Below, piece after piece: positions 46,008-55,479 of a DNA stretch of 64,000 bases. The position numbers and the translations under genes were made by a program. This stretch comes from an uncultured Planctomycetota bacterium (GTDB lineage: Bacteria > Planctomycetota > Planctomycetia > Gemmatales > Gemmataceae): assembly GCA_963849325.1 (NCBI GenBank), contig CAWKHF010000005.1, positions 288,001 to 352,000 on the forward strand, written 5' to 3'. The notes under the pieces were generated by a model, which was given only the letters and a program-made list of their open reading frames with translations, was not told the DNA's origin and ran no database searches. The stretch's first letter is position 1. Every line of letters begins with the position of its first letter.

Positions 46008-48173
46008 CTAAACGAGGGCCGCGAACAAGGCGCCCAGGTGGGGTTCGTAATTCCGCCAGCGTCCGGCCGAGCGCGTGTACAGCGGTTGACGTACCTGCAT
46101 GACGCTGGCGGTGCGCACCGGCTGCTTGCCCTCGTGGAAAGCCAGGCAGGCCGGCTCCCACTCCAGGCCGCACCACGCCACCAACCGCCGCGCCACGCTC
46201 TCCAGGTCGGCCACCGTCTCCTCGTAATCGATCTCCAGCAGCGAAACCGGCAACACCGTCCGCCAATGCGCCATCAAGCGCTGATATTCTCGGAAGCGCG
46301 CGGCGATGTGCTTGGGATCGTTGGCCCAGCGAATGCTGCGGAAGTTGGTCATCCAGCACGACACGGCCACGTCGCGCAGGTCGCGGCGGCAGTGGATGAA
46401 CTTCGCTCGGGGAAACAGCAAGGACAGCAGGCCAAGGTACAGATAGTTGTCTGGCATCTTGTCCACGACGCGCGCGGCGGTGGGATTCAGGCTGCGCAGT
46501 TGGCCCAAATGCTTCTGCGCCAGGCGGCGGGCCGCGTCGCGCTGGAGTCCCGGCAGCGCCTCGAAGGCGCTTGCTTCCGTTGCGTCCGCTCCCAGGGCCA
46601 GGAAATCCTCGCGGGCCTGGCGCAGCTCGCCGGCGCCGAAGACCTGCGAATGACCGGCGAGAATTTGCTCGGTCAACGTCGTGCCCGAGCGCGGCAAACC
46701 GACGATGAACACCGGCCGCTCCGTCTCCAGGCCGAAGCCGCGCACGCGCTCGAAGAACGCTGGCGTGAAGACGGTCATCATGTTGTCGATAAAACGAGTA
46801 AATTCATCGGGATCGTAGCTCTGTTTATTCTCGACGCGCAGCGCCAGCTCCAGGGCGTTGGCCTGTTGCAGATGGGCGGCGGCCTGTTCGTAGTTGCCGT
46901 CGGCGTCGCACACCTGGGCCAGGCCGAAGAGCAGACCGGCGCGGCCGGCGTCGTTCAGCTCCGGCTCGGCCAGGCGCTGCTCGATGACCGTGCGGTCGGC
47001 GGCCGGCAGCTTGCCGCGCAGCAGCGTCGCCAACTGCGACAGGGCGGCGGCGTGGCGCGGATAGTCGCGCAGCACCTCTCGATACGCCTGCTCCGAAGCC
47101 GCGAAGTCGCCCAGTTCCTGAAGCACCAGGCCGAGGTTGCAGCGCGCGGCCGGGAAGTCCGGCTGCAAACGCAGTGCGGTCTGATAGCGCTCCAGCGCCT
47201 CGGTGAAATAGCCTTGTTCGTGCCGGACCCAGCCGAGGCGATTGTGCGCCGCCGCGTAATCGGCATCGAGCCGCAAGGCCAGCTCGTAGCGAACGAGGGC
47301 TTCTTCGTAGTTCTCTTGCTCCTCGAAGACGCTGGCCAGGTAGCAGTGCAGGCGCGGCGAGTTCGGCTCCAGTTGCAGCGCCTGTTCGTACCACGAGACG
47401 GCCTCCGACAGTTTGCCTTCCTCTTGCAAGGCCTGGCCCATGTTGCCGTAGGCCAGGGCCAGGTCGGGATTGAGGTGCATGGCCTCGGCGTAGCAGGCGC
47501 GGGCCTCGGCCAACTGACCGCGCTCGCGCAGCACGTTGCCGAGGTTGTTGTGCGCCTCGGCGGTGTTCGGCCGCAGGCGAACGGCTTCACGGCAATGGTG
47601 CAGGGCGTCGTCCAGCTCTTGTTGTTCCAGCAGGATTTGTCCGAGATTGCTGTGAGCGGCCGCGAAGTTGGGATCGCACTGCACGGCCTGGCGAAAGTGC
47701 GCGATGGCCTGTTGGCGATCGCCGAGAAGACGGTAGGTGTCGCCCAGGTTGTTATGGGCCTCGGCGAAGTTGGGCTTGAGGCGCAGGGCGGCCTGAAACT
47801 GAGCGATGGCGGCCTCGCCCTTGTCCTGGTCGCGCAGGGCCAGGCCGAGATTGATGTGGGCTTCGGCGAGGCTGGGTTGCAACCGTAGGGCGGTGCGGCC
47901 GCAGCCGACGGCTCGGTCCAACTCGCCCAGGGCGCGGTACGCCTCGGCCAGGTTACTGTGAAAGGCGGCGGCGCCGGGCTTGTGGGCGATGGCCTGGCCG
48001 ATCAACTCCACGGCCGCCGCATGGTCGCCCTGCTGATGACGCAGCACGCCCAGCAAGTGCAGGGCATCGGCGTTCCGCGGTTCCTGGGCCAACAGTTTCT
48101 GATAGAGCTGAGCGGCCTCTCTCAGCTGTCCCGATTGATGCTTTTCGATGGCGGCCGTCAACGTGTCTTGCAT
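46008..48173 (-). CDS. TPR-repeat PAPS-dependent sulfotransferase
   Basis: About 11-12 TPRs (AEAHNNLG-type) followed by 5'-PSB FIVGLPRSGTTL, DKMP, 3'-PB RRDLRDVAVSCW and VRTASVMQVRQPLY. Confidence 0.95.
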   Translation of the reverse strand: MQDTLTAAIEKHQSGQLREAAQLYQKLLAQEPRNADALHLLGVLRHQQGDHAAAVELIGQAIAHKPGAAAFHSNLAEAYRALGELDRAVGCGRTALRLQPSLAEAHINLGLALRDQDKGEAAIAQFQAALRLKPNFAEAHNNLGDTYRLLGDRQQAIAHFRQAVQCDPNFAAAHSNLGQILLEQQELDDALHHCREAVRLRPNTAEAHNNLGNVLRERGQLAEARACYAEAMHLNPDLALAYGNMGQALQEEGKLSEAVSWYEQALQLEPNSPRLHCYLASVFEEQENYEEALVRYELALRLDADYAAAHNRLGWVRHEQGYFTEALERYQTALRLQPDFPAARCNLGLVLQELGDFAASEQAYREVLRDYPRHAAALSQLATLLRGKLPAADRTVIEQRLAEPELNDAGRAGLLFGLAQVCDADGNYEQAAAHLQQANALELALRVENKQSYDPDEFTRFIDNMMTVFTPAFFERVRGFGLETERPVFIVGLPRSGTTLTEQILAGHSQVFGAGELRQAREDFLALGADATEASAFEALPGLQRDAARRLAQKHLGQLRSLNPTAARVVDKMPDNYLYLGLLSLLFPRAKFIHCRRDLRDVAVSCWMTNFRSIRWANDPKHIAARFREYQRLMAHWRTVLPVSLLEIDYEETVADLESVARRLVAWCGLEWEPACLAFHEGKQPVRTASVMQVRQPLYTRSAGRWRNYEPHLGALFAALV

Positions 48174-48222
48174 GGGCGAAAAATCCTTTCCGTTGCGTCG
48201 TCGAGCCAAGAGGGAAGACCGT

Positions 48223-51132
48223 CTAGGAGCCTGGATGTCTGGCGTGCGGCGGCGTCGGTGTCGGGTTCGGTGTAGGCGTCGGGTTCGGTGTGGGCGTCGG
48301 GTTTGGTGTGGGCGTCGGGTTTGGCGAGCCGGGATGTCGGTTGTGCGGCGGCGTCGGCGTGGGATTTGGAGTCGGCGTCGGCGTTGGTGTCGGCGTTGGT
48401 GTCGGCGTCGGCGTCGGCGTTGGTGTCGGCGTCGGCGTCGGCGTGACGTTGACAGTGAAGGCGCCAGGGTGCCGGTGGCGGTCGCGTTGCCGGCCAGGTC
48501 GGTCGGCGGATTGGAGACGAGGTTGATCGTGTAGGTGCCGGTCGGCGCATTGTCCCAGGAGCCGCCGGGCGGCGTGATCTGATAGGTGACGGTGATGGTT
48601 TGGGCGTCGCCCTGTCCGTCCTGCGCTCCCGACAGCACGGTGTTGATCGCCGTGGCGGTGATGGGTGAACCGCTGGGCGGCTGCACCTGGACGACAGCGC
48701 CGCTGATGCTGCCGCCGTTGACCATCACGGGATCGGAATAAGCGACCGTGAAGGTATATGGATTTAAGGTATCCTCGTTGGCGTTGGTGACGTTGGCGGC
48801 GTTGAGGTTGGCCGTGGGCGGCGTGGTGTCCGAGCCAACGGCCCCGAAGACCGTGTCGCCGGCGCTGGTGCCGTCCGACGCCGGGCCGGCCCTCAAGCCC
48901 GAACTGCCCAAAGCGCCGTCGTTGCCCTCCGCGCCGTCTTTGCCGTCGGCACCTTCGGGATCGCCGGGGCCGCCCTGGCCTGCTAATCCTCCGTTGCCGG
49001 CGTCGCCGCCCGCGCCGCCCGCGCCAGCGCGCCGACACTGCCTGCCTTGCCCCCTTGTGCGGTGCCGCTCAAGGTAGTGCCGTTCAGAGAGGCGGAAAAT
49101 CCGTTGGCGACGTAGATGTCTCCACCTTGACCGTCGCCGCCGTTGCCAGCGTGGCCGGCGTTGCCGCCGTTACCGCCCGGCCCCCCGGAGCCGCCGTCGC
49201 CCCCGTTGCCGCCATGCCCGCCAGCGGCGATGTGGGCGCCGTTGGGTCCGTAGACACCGCCGCCGCCGCCGTAGCCGCCGAGGTTGCCACCGCCACCCTT
49301 GCCACCCTCGCCGCCTGGACCGGCCGCGCCGCCGTTGCCGCCGTTGGAGCCGAGCGCGGAATCCTTGGCGAAATCACCGCGGACGATAGTGAGGCTGCCA
49401 CCGGCCTGGTAAATGCCGCCGCCCAGGCCATCGCCGCCTTTGCCGCCATCGCCGGGGTCGCCGCCGTCGCCGCCCTTACCGCCTTGTGCTCCGTTGCCGG
49501 CGTCGCCGCCCGCGCCGGCGTCGCCACCCTTGCCGGCCGAGTTGACGTAGCCGTCACCACCGTTGCCGCCGATTCCGCCGTAGCCGCCAGCGCCACCTTG
49601 GCCGCCCGCGCCACCTTGGCCGCCCGCGCCACCTTGGCCGCCAGCGCCGCCCGTGATTCCCTGACCGCCCATTGCGGTGTTGGAAGTGAACGTCGTGGCG
49701 ATAAGGGTAGCCGTGCCGTCCTCCAGGTAAAATCCGCCGCCCTTGGCGTCGCCGCCGTCGCCACCGTCGCCACCCTTGCCGCCATCGCCGCCGTCGCCGC
49801 CGTCGCCGCCCTCACCCCCGTTGCCGGCGTCGCCGCCCACACCCGCGGCGATGCCGGGGATGCCGATGGCGCCGCCGCCGGGGCCGCCGTTGCCGGCGTT
49901 GAAAGCACCGCCTCCATCGCCGCCGTCGCCGCCATCATCGCCACTAATGCCCGCCCCACCGTCACCAGCCGTCGCCGCGTTGCTCGTGACGGCGGTGGAC
50001 ACAACCGTCAACTTTCCGGAGGCCAAGTACAGTCCTCCGCCCTCCGCGTCTCCGCCGTTGCCGCCCTTGCCGCCATCGCCGCCGCCCACGGCATCGCCGC
50101 CTTTGCCGCCCGCGCCGCCCATTCCTCCTTTGCCACCCGCGCCGCCTTTGTAGCCTGCGGGGCTGGACGCAATTCCTAAGGTTCCGCCACCCGCGCCGCC
50201 GGCGCCGCCCGAGCCGCCCGCGCCCCCCGCGAATCCGCGGTCCTGGGACACCAACACACCGGAGGCGCTCGAGAGGTGGTGGCCGGGTCCGCCGCCGTCG
50301 CCACCCGCGCCCCCCGGGCCGCGTTGTTCAGGACGGTCGTGTTGATAAGGGTCAATTGCCCGGACGCTACATAGATGCCGCCGCCTTTGGCGTCGCCGCC
50401 ATCGCCGCCATCGCCGCCAGCACCGTTCTTCAGCGAAGCCGCCTGGGGACCGTCCTGGCCGTCCCCGCCATCGCCGCCATCCCCTCCCTCTCCTCCGGGA
50501 GCCGTGGCATCTTTGCCTACGGCTCCCTTCTGTCCCGTCAGGTGCGCGCTCGGGGTGGGAGCATAATGGGTAAGTTGATTGCCCCCCGCCCCTCCTGCCC
50601 CCCCTTTACCGCCGCTAACGCTGTTGCCACGGACGGTGACGTTGGTCAGGGTCAGACTTCCCGAAGCCAGGTAAATGCCGCCGCCCTCGGCCTCGCCGCC
50701 CTTACCGCCGGCGCCGCCGTTTTGACCGCTCACCCCCGCCGCGCCGGCCGACCCCGTGGCTCCCACCACGTTGCCGCCCGTGATGGTTAGGTTCTGAATC
50801 CGTACCGTCAGATTGCTGTTGCCGATGATCTCGAAGATGCGATTGGTCGCCTTCGATCCGCCGGTGAGGATGGTGGTGTTCTCGGCCGCGCCGACGAGGC
50901 TGAGCGTGCGGGCCGTGTCGGGCTGGTCCTGAATCAACAGTTCCACGCCGGCGCTGAGCGTATAAGTGCCGGCCGCGAGGTTGATGGTATTGCTGGCGTC
51001 GCTGTTGCCGTCGGCCGCCTGGATGGCGGACTGCAAACCGCTCGCCGAGTTGACGTCGAAGATCGCGGGAGCGAGACGATCTTCCAGTTGTTCCAGACGC
51101 AGGAAGACGCGCGATTTCTCCCGAGATGACAT
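48223..51132 (-). CDS. Exoprotein E: LEQLEDR leader, Gly-rich beta-helix-like body, Ig-like domain, (PT)n-H(N/A)RHPGS tail x2 (frameshifts in assembly)
   Basis: [22 protein letters not shown] start; GGGIYL rungs; DTTPPTA...TDLAGN Ig-like domain; stop lies 49 nt upstream of the sulfotransferase start. Confidence 0.82.
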
Positions 51133-51175
51133 GCGGCCACCGCATTGTGGGTGAGAATGGGATATTTAGCGGATC

Positions 51176-51204
51176 ACTGTAAAACTCATAATTCGGTCTG
51201 TCAA
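51176..51204 (-). promoter_or_regulatory. Sigma70-like promoter of the exoprotein E-sulfotransferase unit
   Basis: TTGACA-N17-TACAGT with an AT-rich upstream element. Confidence 0.7.
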
Positions 51205-51250
51205 GTACCTAACGAATTATTAATTTTTTGTGGGAGGCACTACCCAAATA

Positions 51251-51316
51251 GGCGAGCGGGGGGCGTAAGCCCCCTATTGACGGCGACAAACAGAGGGCTT
51301 ACGCCCCCCGCTCGCC
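51251..51316. repeat. REP-like palindrome, family 3
   Basis: GGCGAGCGGGGGGCGTAAGCCC...GGGCTTACGCCCCCCGCTCGCC. Confidence 0.9.
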
Positions 51317-51445
51317 AAAAAGTTACCGCTTCTGAAGAGCAGATTGGATGCCAAAACAAGAGCCTCACACAAATTCGCAAAGAACGCCAGGAATTGAAAA
51401 AAAAGACGGGATGAAAGGATCGTAGGATCGTGTCACCGTAAAACC

Positions 51446-51493
51446 AATCTCCCGTTTGGCATCGGCTGGGCGAGCCGGCACCAAACGGGAGAT
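51446..51493 (-). terminator. Hairpin downstream of exoprotein F
   Basis: ATCTCCCGTTTGG...CCAAACGGGAGAT stem about 20 nt after the F stop. Confidence 0.5.
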
Positions 51494-51514
51494 GTGGGGG
51501 GACACCACTTATGG

Positions 51515-54500
51515 TTACAGGGCCGCTATAAACGACTGATAGGCGTGCAACTCGGTGGCGAAGAACTGGAAGTTGGCACTCAACATACTATTGGCGGCGA
51601 AAAGGGCGTCCGCCATCGCCTGATTGGCCTGGTTCTGTTCCAACTGCACCAGTTGCGTCAGTAGGCTGCCGACAGACTGGAGGAGATCCTGCTGTACGGC
51701 CACATTCAGAGACTGATAATCTTGCAGCGCGTCCATGACGGCGACGAGATTGCCAGTCAACAAGCCTTGCGTCAACGAGACGAGGGTCTGAAACTCCTGC
51801 TGAATCAGTTGCGGGAGGGTCGGTGTCGGGGTCGGAGTGGGCGTTGGTGTCGGCGTCGGCGTCGGCGTTGGCGTCGGCGTCGGGGTGGGCGTGGGGACAG
51901 GCGTGGGACTGATGATGATGTTGGCGGTGACCAGACTGTCGCTGGGTCCGCCGGGGGTCGGCAGGGTCAGAACGGCGTTGGTGCCGGCGGCGTTTTTGAT
52001 CGTGGCGCCGTTGAGGGCCAGCGGCACCAACGGAGTGTAGTCCAGCGCCTGGCCGAACGAGGTGTCGCCGGGCTTGACCGTGTAGGTGAAGATCAAGGTG
52101 TTGCTGCCGCTGCCGCTGCTGTAGTTGGCCATCTGGCCATTGGCCAAGGCCAGCGTCGGTGTGCCCGCGCCTGCGACAAAGACCTTCTCGCTGAAGGTCA
52201 CGTCGATGACGATCGTGTCCCCTGGCCCGTAGGTGCCCGAGGCGGTGGTCGTGCCCACGCCGGTCACGGCCGGCGTGGTGGCGTCGATGATGATGCCGGT
52301 GGTCTTGAGCGTATCGCTGGCCGCGCCGGGGGCCGGCAGCGACGCGAGGTTGGCCGCCATGCCGCCAGCGTTCGCGATCATGCCGCTCAGCCCGCCGGCG
52401 GTGTAGTCGAGGTTGGCGCCGTTGGTGGTGTCGCCAGCCTGCGTCGTGTAGGTGAAGACCAGCGTATTGGTGCCGGTGCCACTGAGGTAGCTGGCCGTCT
52501 TGCCGTCGCTGAGCGTCAAGGTCGGCACGCCGGTGACATTGACGTTCTCGCTGAAGGCCACGTCGATGGTGACCGTCGCCCAGTCCCGAGTGCCGGCGGC
52601 GGTGGTCGTGCTCACGCCCATCACCGTTGGCGTGGTGGCGTCGATGATGATACCCTTCGGTTCCAAACGTATCGCTGCCCGAACCGGGCATCGGCAGCGT
52701 CAGAGTAGCCGCCGTGCCGGCCGCGCTCTTGATCGTGCCGCCGCTCAGCGAATTGATCGCCGCATAGTCGATATTGGCGCCGGAGGTGGTGTCGCCGGAC
52801 GGCACCGCGTAGGTGAAGGTCAGCGTGTTGGTACCGCTGCCGCTGCTGTAGTTGGCCGTGCCGCCGTCGCTCAGCGCCAGCGTCGGCGTGCCGGTGACGG
52901 TGACGTTCTCGCTGAACGTGACCGTGATGGCGATCGGCGCCCCCGTTCCGAGGGTGCCGGCGGCGGTGGTCGTGCTCACGCCCGTCACCGTCGGCGTGGT
53001 GGCGTCGATGATGATGTTGTCGTCCTGGCTCAGCGAATTCGCCGCGCCGGCGCACGGCAGCGTCAGAGTGGCTGCCACGCCGCCCACATTCTTGATCGTG
53101 CCGTTCAGCGCCGTGGCCGACGCCTCATCGAGATTGGCGCCGTTGGTGGTGTCGCCATTGGCCACCGTGTAGTTGAACACCAGCGTGTTCGTGCCAGTGC
53201 CGCTGACGTAGGTGGCCGTTTTGCCGTTGCTCAGGGTCAGGGTCGGCGTCCCGGTGACATTGACCGCCTCGCTGAAGACCACATCGACGGCGATCGTGGA
53301 CCCGCCCGCATAGGCGCCGTCGACGGTAGTCGAGTTGACCTTGGTCACCGTCGGCGTGGTGGCGTCGATGATGATGCCGGTGGTCTTGAGCGTATCGCTG
53401 GCCGCGCCGGGGGTCGGCAGCGACGCGAGGTTGGCCGCCACGCCGCCGGCGTTCGCGATGGTGCCGCCACTGAGACTCAGCCCGCCCGCGCTGTAGTCGA
53501 GGGCGGCGCCGCTGGTGGTGTCGCCGCCGGCAACCGTGTAGGTGAAGGTCAGGGTCTGGCCGCCGCTGCCGCTGGTGTAGCTGGCCCTGCTGCCGTCGCT
53601 GAGCGTCAAGGTCGGCGTGCCGGTGACATTGACGTTCTCGCTGAAGGTGACGGTGATGGCAACCGGCTGAGTGGGACCGTAAGTGCCGGCGGCGGTGGTC
53701 GTGCTCACACCCGTCACCGTCGGCGTGGTGGCGTCGATGACGATGCCCGTGGTGCCAAACGTATCGCTGCCCGAACCGGGCGTCGGCAGGCTCGCCAAGG
53801 TCGAGGGCATTGTCCGCCGAGTCGAAGATCGAGCCGCCGTTGAGGCTCAGCCCGCCCGCGCGGTAATCGAGGTTGGCGCCGTTAGTGGTGTCGCCGCTGC
53901 CCACCGTGTAGGTGAAGACCAGCGTGCTCGTGCCGCTGCCACTGGAATAGTTGGCCTTTTGGCCGTCGCTCAACGTCAGATAGGGTGTGCCGCCGGTGGT
54001 ATCGACCGTGACCGGCTTGCTGAGGTTCAGGTCGATCGTAACCTGGCCGGTCCCGAGGGCGCCGGCGGAGTTGGTCGTGGAAACCGTCGTGATGGTCGGG
54101 CGACGCCGTCGATCGTGATGTTGTCCGTGTAGAGAATATCGTTGGCCGAGGCCGGTCCCGGTAAGGACGACGCCGGCAGGGTGAGGTTGGCCGCCAAACC
54201 GTCCGAGACATCGTTGATGGTGCCGCTGTTGAGGACGAGCGCGCCGGTGCCCGTGTAGTCGAGCGGGCTTTGCTCCTTTATTCCCCGAAATGGCAATGTG
54301 GTGAAGCCAGGCAGCTTCCCAATTTTGCTATCTTGCCAGTTTCAGGAATAAAGGAGCAAAGCCAGTCGAGCGGAGTGGCGGTGTCGCCGGCGGGCACGAC
54401 GAGGTTGAATTGCAGAGCACTGGTGCCGCTGCCGCCGACGTAGGCGGCCTTCTGAGTCAGGCTATCGTTGAGGGCCAGCTGAAGGTCGCATTGCCTCCCG

Positions 54501-55044
54501 CCGTCACCGTCTGGTTGCTCGGTTGCGTCGTGATGGCCGGTACGTTGCCGTCAACCGTGATGTTGTCGGCGGCGAGATAGTCAAAATTGGCCGTGGCGGG
54601 AGTCTGTAAGGTGAGGGTGGCCGCGGCCGCGTCGGAACGATCGTTGATGCTGCCCCCGGATAAGCTGAGCGCGGTGGTGTCGAGGTAATCGAGCGGACTG
54701 GCGCTATCCGGAGTGGGGACGATAAACGTGAATTGCAGCGAGCTGGTGCCGCTGCCTCCGCTGTACTGGGCCAGCGTGGTTGCGCTATGGTTCAGCGCCA
54801 GAGTCGGCGTGCCGGTGACGGTGACCGCCTGGCTGAAGTCCACGTTGATGGTGGCCGTCTGCCCAGCGTTGAGGGTGCTGTTGGGGGTCAGCGTCGTGGT
54901 CACGTCCGTCACGGTGGCGTTGAGCAGCGTGCGGTCCTCTAGGACTTCGACGTAGAGCATGCCGCGTCGGGGATCTCTCACGACGCGCGTCCGTCGAGCC
55001 TTCGAGACCTGTTTTAACCACGTCCATATCGGCGACCGAAACAT
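51515..55044 (-). pseudogene. Exoprotein F: VEVLEDR leader, about 8 tandem ~120-aa Ig-like repeats, (PT)n linker, helical C-domain; disrupted
   Basis: Repeats DATTPTVT...FSENV.VTGTPTLTLSDG...SGSGT.TL.FTYTV..GDT...LDY. Interrupted by a MITE at 54266-54363 and an apparent deletion junction near 54480, plus additional indels. Confidence 0.78.
54266..54363. mobile_element. 98-bp MITE with 19-bp terminal inverted repeats and a 9-bp target-site duplication
   Basis: TIRs GGCTTTGCTCCTTTATTCC / GGAATAAAGGAGCAAAGCC; AGTCGAGCG duplicated at 54257-54265 and 54364-54372; excision restores ...GDTATPLDYTGTG. Confidence 0.93.
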
Positions 55045-55242
55045 GCGGGAGCACTCCATAGTCAAAGGGAATGAATGTTGGCGGGGACGCACATCGTTGT
55101 GTTGTCGCCGGTACGAGGGCGGCGGGTGGGAGAGAAAGGTATCGCAGGGGCGAACCGACCTCGCCGACCCATGCCCTCCGCCGGCCGTGCAAGGCGGGAA
55201 GGTTGCGGGACAGTCCGAACCGGCCACGCGGTTAAGGTGCTG

Positions 55243-55271
55243 AATCTTGCGCCGAAGCCGGCACTTGTCAA
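55243..55271 (-). promoter_or_regulatory. Putative sigma70 promoter of exoprotein F
   Basis: TTGACA-N17-AAGATT. Confidence 0.5.
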
Positions 55272-55398
55272 GCGGCCTCGGCGAACGAGAAGATAAATGG
55301 GCAAGTGACGGTGCCGAAAAGGACGGCGGTGCGGCCAGCAACGGCTTCACGAAGGGATTCCGGGATGTGCCCTACGGAGATTCGCGCAGCGAAAGATA

Positions 55399-55455
55399 CC
55401 GAGCCGCGACCGTTAGAGAGCGGGGGAGCACCACTCCCTAACGGTCGCGGCTCGG
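55399..55455. repeat. REP-like palindrome
   Basis: CCGAGCCGCGACCGTTAG...CTAACGGTCGCGGCTCGG, just downstream of exoprotein G. Confidence 0.88.
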
Positions 55456-55479
55456 ACAGCGGCTTGCGCTACGCGGGAC

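Noticed and set aside
46008-48911. 967-aa ORF suggesting an Ig domain fused to the TPR-sulfotransferase
   Set aside because: Its first part is exoprotein E sequence read through an indel near 48465; E has its own stop at 48223 and the enzyme starts at MQDTL (48173).
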